A DNA stretch of 64,000 nucleotides, taken from positions 480,001 through 544,000 of the forward strand of contig OZ242164.1 in the NCBI GenBank assembly GCA_965205335.1, given 5' to 3'. The notes below the pieces were generated by a model. It saw only the letters and a list, made by a program, of their open reading frames with translations, was not told the origin of the DNA and made no database searches. Positions 8,793 to 18,519 of this stretch are shown here, in pieces; positions within the stretch are counted from its first letter, which is position 1; every line of letters starts with the position of its first letter. Origin of the DNA: Candidatus Woesearchaeota archaeon (GTDB taxonomy: Archaea > Nanobdellota > Nanobdellia > Woesearchaeales > UBA583). The position numbers were made by a program, and so were the translations under genes.

Positions 8793-9626
8793 ATGGAAGT
8801 TATTAGTATTAGTACGAAAGAAAGAAAAAAGAGTTTAGTTGATAGATTAAGAAATCCATTTAATGAGGGAAGTTTGTTTGGAGCTGTGGTACCTGCAACA
8901 GGAGCTCTTATAGGTTACCTCTTTGGTGGAGCAGAAGGAGCAGCAGTAGGAGCAGGAGTATTAGGAATAACAGTAGCAGCGGAAGCAATATATAACAAAT
9001 ATAGAGAAAATTCAATAGGAGCAACAGGATTAGGGATAACAGTAGCAGCAGAAGCAATATATAACAAATATAGAGAAAATTCAATAAGAGCAGCAGGAGC
9101 AGCGGGAATAGGAGCAGCAGCAGGAGCAGGAGCAGCAGGAATAGGAGCAGCAGTAGGAGCTGTAGGACTAGAAGCAGCAGCGGGACTAGTAGTAGTAGCA
9201 GGAGCAGTAGGAATAGGGGCAGGAGCAGGAGCAGGAGCAGGAGCAGTAGCAGCAGGAATAGGAGCAGCAGCAGGAATAGGAGTAGGAGTGGGAGTAGGAG
9301 CAGTAGGAATAGGAGAAGCAGCAGGAATAGTAGCAGCAGTAGGAGTAGCAGGAGTAGGAGCAGTAGCAGCAGGAATAGGAGCAACGAAGGAAGCAAAAGA
9401 TACAAAAGATGGTTCTCAACTAAATACCAAGGGTTATTTCGGATGTCAACTTATAACTAATCTATTGACAACAACTGCTATAGGTATAGATTCATACCTT
9501 AGAACTGAAGGACAAGATGGAATCTTCTATGATTCTTTGCCTTTTTTCTATGCACTTCCGGGAACTACTCAGATGTATTTTTATAACCGTTTCTTCAAAA
9601 GAAACCAGATAGAACAAAACGGATAA
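8793..9626 (+). CDS. Gly/Ala-rich glycine-zipper membrane protein
   Basis: Long GxxxG/AGAGA tract; internal 69-bp duplication; TTTATAA at 8764, 29 nt before ATG at 8793. Confidence 0.7.
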   Translation: MEVISISTKERKKSLVDRLRNPFNEGSLFGAVVPATGALIGYLFGGAEGAAVGAGVLGITVAAEAIYNKYRENSIGATGLGITVAAEAIYNKYRENSIRAAGAAGIGAAAGAGAAGIGAAVGAVGLEAAAGLVVVAGAVGIGAGAGAGAGAVAAGIGAAAGIGVGVGVGAVGIGEAAGIVAAVGVAGVGAVAAGIGATKEAKDTKDGSQLNTKGYFGCQLITNLLTTTAIGIDSYLRTEGQDGIFYDSLPFFYALPGTTQMYFYNRFFKRNQIEQNG

Positions 9627-9691
9627 AAAATAAAAAAAATTTCCAAAACCATACACCTAAATTTTATAAATAATTCTAATTAATCCATTAT

Positions 9692-11836
9692 ATGGAGCAA
9701 GAACACATCCCTATTCTAAAAGCATTTGACGACTTAAAATTCAACTTGGGAAAAAGAACCCTTGCAAACTACATCAAAGGAGACATAAATCCAACAATTG
9801 AGCGAAACAACTTAGAAGAATTAGACTCATACGGTTGCCTGTACATGCTTGAAAGAGGAGAAATCCTGAATCTAATAGAACAACTGCTAAAAAACGGATA
9901 CTTGGAAACTCTAACTGTTGGCTCTGGATTTGAAGTCCTGTCAAGAACATCAAAGGGCTTAAAAGAAATATCAGAAAAATCATTCATTCCACAGAAAAAA
10001 AACATTACAATACCAAAATTCAACCTGACATACAAAGAAACAGAAATAACTGATAACGAAAGAAAACTGTTTAAAACATTTGATTTCCTTCTAAACAAAT
10101 ACAATGACGAACAGAAAAAATCAATAATATCTCCAGAAAAAAACATACTCTGCATTGCAGGAGCAGGCTCTGGAAAAACAACAGTTCTGACAAAAAGAAT
10201 TGAATTCTTAATAAAATTTAAATCAGTTCCTCATAAAAAAATACTTGGAATAACATTTTCAAGAAAAGCAAAAGAAGAAATGGAACACAGACTAAAAAAC
10301 TTGGAGGTTGCCAATGTAATCATTGAAACATTTAACTCATTCTGCGAGAGAACACTGAAAAAATATGGAAACAAAATCTACAAAGGCGAAGTTAAAGTTG
10401 CTCAATACAGAGACAAAATTTCAATAATCTCCTCTGCCCTAAAAAAAACAGGAACATCATTCGACACATTCTACGAAGACTATTTCAACAGAAGACAACT
10501 CAGGGAAAAATCAAAAGATGATTTATTCTTCATATTTGTAAACGACATTTTCACAATAATTGATTATTACAAAAACTTAGAAAAAAACATAGAAAAATTC
10601 TATGAAAGAGAAAACAACACCACAAAAAAAAGAATTGCAAACATTATCTATAACATTGCCGTTGAAACACAGAAAATCCTAAAAGAAAGAAACCTTAGGG
10701 ATTTCTCAGACCAGATAACTGACACCTTAAAATTATTCAGAGAGAACAAAAACCTAATCCCTAACTTTGAACACATCTTAGTTGATGAATTTCAGGACAT
10801 AAATCTAATTCAGTTTGAACTCCTAAAACTTCTAAACTCACAAAACTTATTTGCAGTTGGAGACCCAAGGCAGGCAATCTATGGCTGGAGAGGAGCAGAA
10901 ATAAAATTCATTCTCAACTTCCCAAAACACTTTGAGAACACCCAGATAATACAACTAAAAAACAACTACAGATCCCAAAAGCAAATACTTGAATTTGCAA
11001 ACGAGAGCATTAAAAGTCTGGGACTTATTAATTTATCTTACACAAAAGAAAATGAAAATAAAAACTGTGTTTTTTTATTTGAACAAAACAGTGAACTGCT
11101 TGAGAAAAGATTTGTCCTTGAAGCCATTAAAAATTCACAATCAAAAAGAAATGAAATCTTTGTATTAGCAAGAACTAACAGAATACTTAAAGGTTATGCA
11201 GATTTCTTCTCCCAGAATGGAGTAAAATACAGTATTAAATCAGAAGAAGAATACAAAAATGCAGAACCAAAAGAAAACGAAGTAGTGCTTGCAACCGTTC
11301 ACTCAATAAAAGGAATGGAAGCAAACGAAGTTTATCTCGTATCATGCAACTCTATCTCATTTCCAAACAAAGTTGCCGATAATTTTGTCTTTCAACTAAT
11401 GAAAAGTCAGGATTATTACAACAAAAACTCAGAAGAGTTAAGATTATTCTATGTAGCAATTACAAGAGCTAAAGAAAAACTCATCATAACTTACAGCGGA
11501 AATTATTCTAAATTCATAAATTCAAATATGCTTTCTCTTTTAAAATTCAATAAAAACAATATATCCCTTTTTAACTACGGAAATTCAAAAGAATACAAAT
11601 CAGATTATATTGACAAATCCAATTCAACTGCTTTAAAAAATATGATTAAATCATGGAGAACAGATTTAGCAAACAAAACAGGACTCCCTTCATATATGAT
11701 AATATCAAACAAAGCAATTGATGATTTAGTAATTCAAAGACCCCATAACAAAGTTCAACTCCTTAATATTAACGGATTGGGTGATGTGAAAATTGCAAAA
11801 TACGGTGATGAATTAATTAGAATAATTAATGGATAA
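9692..11836 (+). CDS. UvrD/Rep-family SF1 helicase with N-terminal RQC-like and C-terminal HRDC domains
   Basis: AGAGSGKT, VDEFQD, GDPRQAIYGWRGA, NYRS, TVHSIKGME, EELRLFYVAITRAK; HRDC-like WR..LA...PSYMI...NGLG..KI.KYG. Confidence 0.88.
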   Translation: MEQEHIPILKAFDDLKFNLGKRTLANYIKGDINPTIERNNLEELDSYGCLYMLERGEILNLIEQLLKNGYLETLTVGSGFEVLSRTSKGLKEISEKSFIPQKKNITIPKFNLTYKETEITDNERKLFKTFDFLLNKYNDEQKKSIISPEKNILCIAGAGSGKTTVLTKRIEFLIKFKSVPHKKILGITFSRKAKEEMEHRLKNLEVANVIIETFNSFCERTLKKYGNKIYKGEVKVAQYRDKISIISSALKKTGTSFDTFYEDYFNRRQLREKSKDDLFFIFVNDIFTIIDYYKNLEKNIEKFYERENNTTKKRIANIIYNIAVETQKILKERNLRDFSDQITDTLKLFRENKNLIPNFEHILVDEFQDINLIQFELLKLLNSQNLFAVGDPRQAIYGWRGAEIKFILNFPKHFENTQIIQLKNNYRSQKQILEFANESIKSLGLINLSYTKENENKNCVFLFEQNSELLEKRFVLEAIKNSQSKRNEIFVLARTNRILKGYADFFSQNGVKYSIKSEEEYKNAEPKENEVVLATVHSIKGMEANEVYLVSCNSISFPNKVADNFVFQLMKSQDYYNKNSEELRLFYVAITRAKEKLIITYSGNYSKFINSNMLSLLKFNKNNISLFNYGNSKEYKSDYIDKSNSTALKNMIKSWRTDLANKTGLPSYMIISNKAIDDLVIQRPHNKVQLLNINGLGDVKIAKYGDELIRIING

Positions 11837-11870
11837 TAAGAAAAGAATAAGACCAAAAAAAGAAAAGATA

Positions 11871-12119
11871 CTATTTTTGCTTATCCTCTGAAACAGTACT
11901 TTTGGGATTTTGCTTTGCTTTCTTCTTTTCATTACTCTTCGGAACTTCTCCCTTAACAAAGAACTTTGTCCATTTTAATTTTCTGGCATCTCTTTTAAGA
12001 ACTAATATATTCTTCTCACATTTACCTGAACAAAAATTTAATACCTGTCCATTATCCCGGACAAAAACTTTGCCTGTTCCCTTAGAAATATTATTTCCGC
12101 AAAAAACACAACTAACCAT
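11871..12119 (-). CDS. rpl24e: 50S ribosomal protein L24e
   Basis: CVFCG..I..GTG..V..G....FCS.KC.K...RKLKWT. Confidence 0.96.
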   Translation of the reverse strand: MVSCVFCGNNISKGTGKVFVRDNGQVLNFCSGKCEKNILVLKRDARKLKWTKFFVKGEVPKSNEKKKAKQNPKSTVSEDKQK

Positions 12120-12121
12120 TT

Positions 12122-12370
12122 TTATCTCCTAACTCCTTTCTTCTTGAAAATCTTTCTGGCTTCATACTCTGTTTCTGTCATCATCAGAATATCCCCAACT
12201 CTTGTAGGACCACGAACATTACGGGTAATTATTTTACCCTCATCTCTTCCTGCAAGGACTTTAACTCTAACCTGAGTTACTCCTCCCTTAGCACTTGCGT
12301 TTCCAACAATCATTTCAACAATCCCTGGGATACTCTCTGCTGAAACTTCACCTTTATCTCTTTTAGCCAT
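12122..12370 (-). CDS. rps28e: 30S ribosomal protein S28e
   Basis: TQVRVKVL.G.D.G.II.RNV.GP.RVGDIL...ETE.EAR. Confidence 0.96.
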   Translation of the reverse strand: MAKRDKGEVSAESIPGIVEMIVGNASAKGGVTQVRVKVLAGRDEGKIITRNVRGPTRVGDILMMTETEYEARKIFKKKGVRR

Positions 12371-12384
12371 TTTGGAAACTTCAA

Positions 12385-14016
12385 TTACTCAATACTCCCT
12401 TCTTTCTTTTCTTCCTCTGACTCCTCAGTAGCAGGTTCATGCACTATTTCTTCATCTTGATTTTCTTCCTCAAGTGATACTTCTGCATTATTACTTACAT
12501 CTTCTTCTGATTGAGTTTCCTGTACTTCTTCCTCACTCTGGTTTTGTTCCTCAGATGACTCTTCATGGTTATCTTCTGTAACTTCCTCAGTTTGATTCTC
12601 CTGTATTTCTTCTCCTTGATTTTCTTCTTCAGAAGTCTCTTGCACTACCTCTTCACTCTGACTTTCTTCGTCAGAAGGGTTTTGTGAATCATCTTCTACA
12701 ACTTCCTCAGATTGAGTTTCTTGCATTTCTTGCTCCTCTTGATTCTGTTCCTCAGATGATGTCTCTGCATTATTATCTACGTCTTCTTCTGATTGATTCT
12801 CTTCTGTTGCTCCATCACTTTGACTTTCTTCTCCAAGGGACTCTTCTATGTTATTTTCTACATTTTCTTCAGTTTGAGTTTCTTGCATTATCTCATTATC
12901 AGGAGGACTGTCCTCTTCCTTATTATTTTCCTGTGGTGTTTCCTCCCCTTGATTTTTCTCATCAGAATATTCCTCAGCACTATCTTCTGCAACGTCTTCA
13001 TCTTGAGTTTCCTGCATTGCTTCATCACTTTGACTTTCTTCTCCTAAGGAATCATCTGTGTTATCTCCTGCACCTTCCTCTGCTTGAGTCTCCTGGATTG
13101 TTTCCTCTCCCTGACTTTCCCCATCAGAAGTCTCTTCTGGATTATCTTTCTCAACTTCCTCTGCTTGAGTCTCCTGGATTGTTTCCTCTCCCTGACTTTC
13201 CCCATCAGAAGTCTCTTCTGGATTATCTTTCTCAACTTCCTCTGCTTGAGTCTCCTGGATTGTTTCCTCTCCCTGACTTTCCCCATCAGAAGTCTCTTCT
13301 GGATTATCTTTCTCAACTTCCTCTGCTTGAGTCTCCTGGATTGTTTCCTCTCCCTGACTTTCCCCATCAGAAGTCTCTTCTGGATTATCTTTCTCAACTT
13401 CCTCTGCCTGAGTCTCTCCCACAACTTCTTCATTCTGAGTTCCCTGCATTGCTTCATCACTTTGACTTTCTTCTCCAAGGGACTCTTCTATGTTATTTTC
13501 TACATTCTCTTCAGTTTGAGTTTCTTGCATTATCTCATTATCAGGAGGACTGTCCTCTTCCTCAGACTCTTCATTATTATTTTCCTGTGGTGCCTCTTCC
13601 CCTTGATTTTCTTCATCAGATGAAACTTCTGTAGTCTCATTCTCAGCAACTTCCCCTACTTGTGCAGAATCCTCTGTCTTGTCTTCCTGTTCAGAATAAG
13701 CTTTAACAAAAACATCTAGCTCTTCCTTAGCAGAACCTGGCTCAATAACACTAATAGAAGTAGTTGATTTAATACCAACACAAGCACCTAAATCAGCCTT
13801 TGAACCTGTCTCTACTGAAACTGCTTTCATCTCCTTTGCCAAAATAGGAATATGAGCTACAATCTCTGCAGGTGAAACATCATCTGCAGTAACCACCAGT
13901 TTAACCTGTCCCCTCTCAAGAGCTTTAGTTACTTCATTAACTCCAATTCTTACTATTCCACTCTCTTTTGCTTTCTGTATAATTGAAAATATTTGTTTTT
14001 CATTGATTTCAGCCAT
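12385..14016 (-). CDS. rpl7ae: Ribosomal protein L7Ae fused to a ~430-aa acidic repetitive tail
   Basis: First ~105 aa: GVNEVTKALERG..KLV..A.DVSP.EIVAHIP; canonical rpl7ae-rps28e-rpl24e order. Confidence 0.92.
   Translation of the reverse strand: MAEINEKQIFSIIQKAKESGIVRIGVNEVTKALERGQVKLVVTADDVSPAEIVAHIPILAKEMKAVSVETGSKADLGACVGIKSTTSISVIEPGSAKEELDVFVKAYSEQEDKTEDSAQVGEVAENETTEVSSDEENQGEEAPQENNNEESEEEDSPPDNEIMQETQTEENVENNIEESLGEESQSDEAMQGTQNEEVVGETQAEEVEKDNPEETSDGESQGEETIQETQAEEVEKDNPEETSDGESQGEETIQETQAEEVEKDNPEETSDGESQGEETIQETQAEEVEKDNPEETSDGESQGEETIQETQAEEGAGDNTDDSLGEESQSDEAMQETQDEDVAEDSAEEYSDEKNQGEETPQENNKEEDSPPDNEIMQETQTEENVENNIEESLGEESQSDGATEENQSEEDVDNNAETSSEEQNQEEQEMQETQSEEVVEDDSQNPSDEESQSEEVVQETSEEENQGEEIQENQTEEVTEDNHEESSEEQNQSEEEVQETQSEEDVSNNAEVSLEEENQDEEIVHEPATEESEEEKKEGSIE
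13074..13415. repeat. 81-bp tandem repeat, four copies plus a partial (27-aa unit EETSDGESQGEETIQETQAEEVEKDNP)
   Basis: Units start at 13074, 13155, 13236 and 13317; in frame within rpl7ae. Confidence 0.93.
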
Positions 14017-14223
14017 TTTTAACTAATGTATCATTAACCTCAAAACACAAAAGTTTTGATTAAAGAAAAAGAACACATTTCACTTTATAAATATTCTTAA
14101 ACACTAACAACCCAGATATCTAAACCCCTAATAAAAAACGTACAAGTTATGTAAATAAACCTATTTGAAATTTTCTATGCAGATAATATTAAAATTTATA
14201 AATCCAAATAAATTATTAACATT

Positions 14224-14757
14224 ATGACAAATAAAAAGACATCTATAAAGAAGAAAATAGAAGAAACCTCCAAAAAAATCTCGAGGAAAAAATCATCTAA
14301 ACAATCAAAAGAAGATAAAATTAAAGAATTAGAAAATCAGATTGAAGAATTGAAAACAGATGTGTTAAGGGCAAGAGCTGATTATGATAATCTCATGAAA
14401 AGAACAGGACAGGAAAAACTTGAGATAAAAGACAGAGTTATAATTGATTTTGTATCAGATTTACTTCCAGCAATTGATAATTTTGAAACATCCCTTAAAA
14501 TGACTGACAACAAGGAAATGTTTGTAAAAGGAGTTGAAATGATACATAAAAACTTAATAGACACTCTAAAAGAACATCAAATTGAAGAATTCAGTGCAAA
14601 AAAAGGAGATACTTTTGACCCAAGCCTGCATGAACCCATTCCTGTTGAGGATAATTCAAAAGACTTAGGAAAGATAGTCGGAATAGTAAAGAAAGGCTTT
14701 AAACATAAAGAAAAAATAATACGACCAGTTAGGGTTCAAATTCCAAAAAAAGAATAA
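14224..14757 (+). CDS. grpE: Nucleotide exchange factor GrpE
   Basis: RARADYDN..KR, LLP.IDNFE, FDP.LHE, GF...IIRP..V. Confidence 0.95.
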   Translation: MTNKKTSIKKKIEETSKKISRKKSSKQSKEDKIKELENQIEELKTDVLRARADYDNLMKRTGQEKLEIKDRVIIDFVSDLLPAIDNFETSLKMTDNKEMFVKGVEMIHKNLIDTLKEHQIEEFSAKKGDTFDPSLHEPIPVEDNSKDLGKIVGIVKKGFKHKEKIIRPVRVQIPKKE

Positions 14758-14808
14758 ATATAACTACTTATTATAAATTTTTTATATTTACGCATGATAA
14801 GTGAAAGA

Positions 14809-14935
14809 GGCTCTGTCCGGAAATTGCTTTTTCCAAAATCTATGCTAACTATATTCAATCAAAGAAAAAATTATTCGTCAAAAGTTGCTTTATTGATACA
14901 ATATTTTAAGTTCTCTTGAATTTCCGGACAGAGCC
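14809..14935. mobile_element. MITE copy 2, IS1595 family
   Basis: 17-bp TIR GGCTCTGTCCGGAAATT; TSD GTGAAAGA; nearly identical to copy 1. Confidence 0.92.
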
Positions 14936-14949
14936 GTGAAAGAGAAATA

Positions 14950-14957
14950 TTTATAAA
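14950..14957 (+). promoter_or_regulatory. TATA box TTTATAAA, 14 nt from MITE copy 2
   Basis: 32 nt upstream of ATG at 14982; homologous MITE-free promoter at 18475-18496. Confidence 0.8.
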
Positions 14958-14981
14958 TAAAGAGAACGTTACTATTATTAA

Positions 14982-17900
14982 ATGACGAATAAAAGAAAGG
15001 GAACCAATTTAACTATAAAACTCCTTATTGCCCTCTTAATAATTATTATAGCCATTATTGGAGTTCTTCTACTATTCAATTACACTGACTCAGATTCTTA
15101 TGATAAACCAAAAAGAAACTCTGTAGATAAGGGAAATGATGTTGAGATTGTGAGCATACAGTCAGGCAAAAAAATTATAAAAATTCATACTTCTAATAGC
15201 AAAGCAGATGCAGACTCTGACAACATATCATATCATCCTAAAGAAGATACTTTGTTTAATAATATAGTAGTAGACTCCAATAATCAAAATACAAGGAGTA
15301 ATTATCAAGTTCAGAAAAAGAAAAATAATAGAGAAAATCACCGTCCTAATCTCCAAAGCCAGGGGCAAGACAATAATGATGAAGATGAAAATTCTAACTC
15401 ACAGAGTCAGGGGCAAGACAATAATGATGAAGATGAAAATTCTAACTCACAGAGTCAGAGGCAAAATAATAATAATGAAGAAAATGACAATTCCAACTCT
15501 CAAAATCAGAGACAAGACAACAATAGAGAACACAGTGATTCTAATTCTCAATCTCAGGACGAGGACGACAACAACAGAGAAAATAATGAAGATGAGGCAG
15601 AAGATAACAAGTCCAGTTCTCAAACTCAGAATGAAGACAATAACAATGGAGAAAATAATGAACCTACAACTCAAAGAGAAAGAGGACACCCTCACGGACA
15701 TAATTTTCACTCACCTGTCGAAGATGAAGAACATCAGGAGTCCACAACTCAAACTCAAAGAGAAAGAGGGAATCCTTCCTTAGGATACTTAAGTGGTAGA
15801 TTGTCAGGACTTTCAACAGGCACACAAGGTAGGGTTATCTTAAGTTCTCAATCAGACAACTCATTTCTTGAAACAGCTCAAATAGAAGAAGACGGAAGTT
15901 TTGAGATAAGCAAAGATGGAATGGAAGACAACAAGAAATATTCCCTAAAAGCTGAAATACAAGGATACAAACTCTCACCAATAAGTGACATAACCACGGA
16001 AACAAAAGAAGTAACAGGTGAAGTAGAAACTATTCAAGAAGACAATGTCTTTAGATACAATTGGAAACAGGAAACAAGTACATCTGGTCTTGAATACTCC
16101 TCACATGTAAACACCCCAGTAGTAATAGAATACCTTGACGAAGACAAAGAACTTCCTCCTTTTGATACAGCAGAAAAATTATATGAAGATTACGGAGTAG
16201 TTTTAGATGGTGATGAATGGACAGGAGAACATGCTTTCAGGCTTTACGAAACTATGAAACAAGTACCTTCAAAGAAAAAAGAAGATTCAAGATGGATTCT
16301 TGTAAACAAAGAAGTTGAAGATGATATAGAAATTGAAGAAACATCAGATGAAACAGTTGTTAGAATTTCATCAAGTGCATTTGCTAATGCAGAGCCAAAA
16401 ATAGTCAGAATTGACGGGCAGAAAGGAAGATTTTTCTCAAAAAGACTTCACCACGCAGTTGTCAGATATGTTACCGACAACGGAGAAGATGAAGATGCCA
16501 CAGAAAAAATACTTACAGAAAGATTTGGAGTATCAATTAACATACCTGACAGCAAATACCCACAAATAACCACACCAACAGGAGGAGAGCATCACGACAG
16601 ATTCCAAAAATTCTCGCCAACAGAAACCTTAATGCTAATAAACCAGATGGAAGAAATGCCAGAAGGCTTCCACAAAACTCCCCAATTAAAATATATGTTA
16701 AGAAGAGCCAACGGACAAAAGCACCCATTGTATCCAGAGGCTGCCGCTGTAGCATGGACACAATCAGGTTACATAGAATTTATGGAATCTGCTTTCACAT
16801 CAGAATTAGAACACACTCAAAAACTTATAATCCACGAGAAAACCCACTTCTTGTGGGCTCATACATTCTCAAAAGAATTAAAAAGAGAATGGGCAGACAT
16901 TGGAGGATGGACTCCAGATAAAGACCCTGACGATTACGATGGATGGAGTACAACAAAAACAACTGAATTTGTAACAGCATACTCTCACGGAATAAGTCCT
17001 AACGAAGACATGGTAGAATCCGTATCATTTTACCTCTACAACCCCGAAAAACTCAGAGCAGTATCACCCGAGAAATATGAATTCATAGAAAAGAGAATAA
17101 TGCATGGAACAAGATACTACACTCACATCAGAGAGGATTTAACATTTGAAGTCCATAACCTTGACCCGGACTATGTTTACCCTGGAAAAATAAAAGAAAT
17201 TGACATAACAGTTTCTGGTGCTCCTGATGAAGATAAAAGAGTAAAAGTTATTGTCAAACTTCATAAAGAAGATGCATCATTGGGATTTATGAGAATAACC
17301 AGCCCTATCGGAACTTACAAAGATGTTTACTTGTATCCAAGAGGTGGGAAAACCTCAACCATTCTTGAAGCCTCATTCACAATAGAAAAAGAAGCAAAAG
17401 AAGGATACTGGAAAGCAAACCAAATATCTCTTGAGGATGAAGTTGGAAACAGAAGATATCAGGACTCAAGCACTTATGGGTGGTCAATGTACATAAATAA
17501 CAGCGGTGAGGACACAACACCTCCAAAGTATGTTAAAAATTCAATTGAATTAGAAAAAGAAAGCGGATTATACAAGATTGTAGACGGAAAAATAAAGAAA
17601 ACTTCATGTGATGAAAGGTCCCAAACCTGCAGATTTGCAACATTTGTAACAGCAAAATGGGATGTTATAGAAGACAGAAAAATGGGAGAGTGGAGTGAAT
17701 GTTATATTGCATTCAGAAAAGACAATAACAGAGAATATTCAGTTCAGGAATATGGTGCATACACCCTACATGAATCACCTAATTCAACAGGGAAATGCTC
17801 TGTTACACTTACATTCAACGAGTTCCGTTATGGTACTTTCTTAGTTGCCAGCATTTCAATGGAAGATCGGGCAGGAAACAGAGGAAGCGTTGATTTTAAC

Positions 17901-18353
17901 AGAGACAATATACATGAAGAGCCTCTTACTATAGATATAGAAGAAATCACACCAGACACTAAACCGCCAAGACTCTATCAAGAAGTAGGAGACATAGAAG
18001 TTAATGCTGAGTCTTCAAACCCAGAAAATCCAAACGGGAGAACATTAGTTACAGTTAGTTATTATGCAGAAGATGATCTCTCTGGACTTGACACAGTATA
18101 TATAAAAATGCGTGATCCTCAGGGAAAAACCCACGGGAATTACCACTACCACAACAATTTTTATACAGATTACTTCATAGGAGATCCTACAGAGAAAAAA
18201 CAATACACATTCACAACAACTCTTCCAGAAGGCTCAGCTCCTGGAACTTGGGGAATTACCCTAATAACCCTATATGACAAAGCAGGAAACAAGAAAGACT
18301 ATGATTTCACCGAAACAATGATCTTTGAAGTAATTGAAGAAGGCGAAAGTTAA
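14982..18353 (+). CDS. Large membrane-anchored surface protein with a zincin-like metallopeptidase domain and beta-rich C-terminal domains
   Basis: N-terminal TM helix, N/Q/D/E-rich linker, IIHEKTH (HExxH), downstream SPNED..ES motif, repeated D..GN motifs. Confidence 0.75.
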   Translation: MTNKRKGTNLTIKLLIALLIIIIAIIGVLLLFNYTDSDSYDKPKRNSVDKGNDVEIVSIQSGKKIIKIHTSNSKADADSDNISYHPKEDTLFNNIVVDSNNQNTRSNYQVQKKKNNRENHRPNLQSQGQDNNDEDENSNSQSQGQDNNDEDENSNSQSQRQNNNNEENDNSNSQNQRQDNNREHSDSNSQSQDEDDNNRENNEDEAEDNKSSSQTQNEDNNNGENNEPTTQRERGHPHGHNFHSPVEDEEHQESTTQTQRERGNPSLGYLSGRLSGLSTGTQGRVILSSQSDNSFLETAQIEEDGSFEISKDGMEDNKKYSLKAEIQGYKLSPISDITTETKEVTGEVETIQEDNVFRYNWKQETSTSGLEYSSHVNTPVVIEYLDEDKELPPFDTAEKLYEDYGVVLDGDEWTGEHAFRLYETMKQVPSKKKEDSRWILVNKEVEDDIEIEETSDETVVRISSSAFANAEPKIVRIDGQKGRFFSKRLHHAVVRYVTDNGEDEDATEKILTERFGVSINIPDSKYPQITTPTGGEHHDRFQKFSPTETLMLINQMEEMPEGFHKTPQLKYMLRRANGQKHPLYPEAAAVAWTQSGYIEFMESAFTSELEHTQKLIIHEKTHFLWAHTFSKELKREWADIGGWTPDKDPDDYDGWSTTKTTEFVTAYSHGISPNEDMVESVSFYLYNPEKLRAVSPEKYEFIEKRIMHGTRYYTHIREDLTFEVHNLDPDYVYPGKIKEIDITVSGAPDEDKRVKVIVKLHKEDASLGFMRITSPIGTYKDVYLYPRGGKTSTILEASFTIEKEAKEGYWKANQISLEDEVGNRRYQDSSTYGWSMYINNSGEDTTPPKYVKNSIELEKESGLYKIVDGKIKKTSCDERSQTCRFATFVTAKWDVIEDRKMGEWSECYIAFRKDNNREYSVQEYGAYTLHESPNSTGKCSVTLTFNEFRYGTFLVASISMEDRAGNRGSVDFNRDNIHEEPLTIDIEEITPDTKPPRLYQEVGDIEVNAESSNPENPNGRTLVTVSYYAEDDLSGLDTVYIKMRDPQGKTHGNYHYHNNFYTDYFIGDPTEKKQYTFTTTLPEGSAPGTWGITLITLYDKAGNKKDYDFTETMIFEVIEEGES

Positions 18354-18519
18354 GAATCATAAGAAGACTAAATAGGAAAAGATAATAATACTTGTTAGAG
18401 TCCAAATTCCAGAAGAGGAATAAGCACAAATATTTATGATATTTATAATATATTTACTAATGTTGTGCCTAAGAGTGAAAACAATAACTTTATAAATATA
18501 AAACCATTATTACTATATA

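Noticed and set aside
8908-9419. Poly-Leu and Cys/Ser/Tyr antisense ORFs
   Set aside because: Reverse-strand readings of the Gly/Ala microsatellite
13074-13415. 81-bp repeats as a CRISPR array
   Set aside because: Contiguous units without unique spacers, in frame within rpl7ae; no cas genes in the window
12684-13634. Overlapping ORFs of 316, 179, 144 and 84 aa
   Set aside because: Shadow frames of the repetitive L7Ae tail
14017-14062. Autoregulatory K-turn in the rpl7ae leader
   Set aside because: Two small hairpins are present, but I cannot identify the tandem GA/AG pairs with a 3-nt bulge
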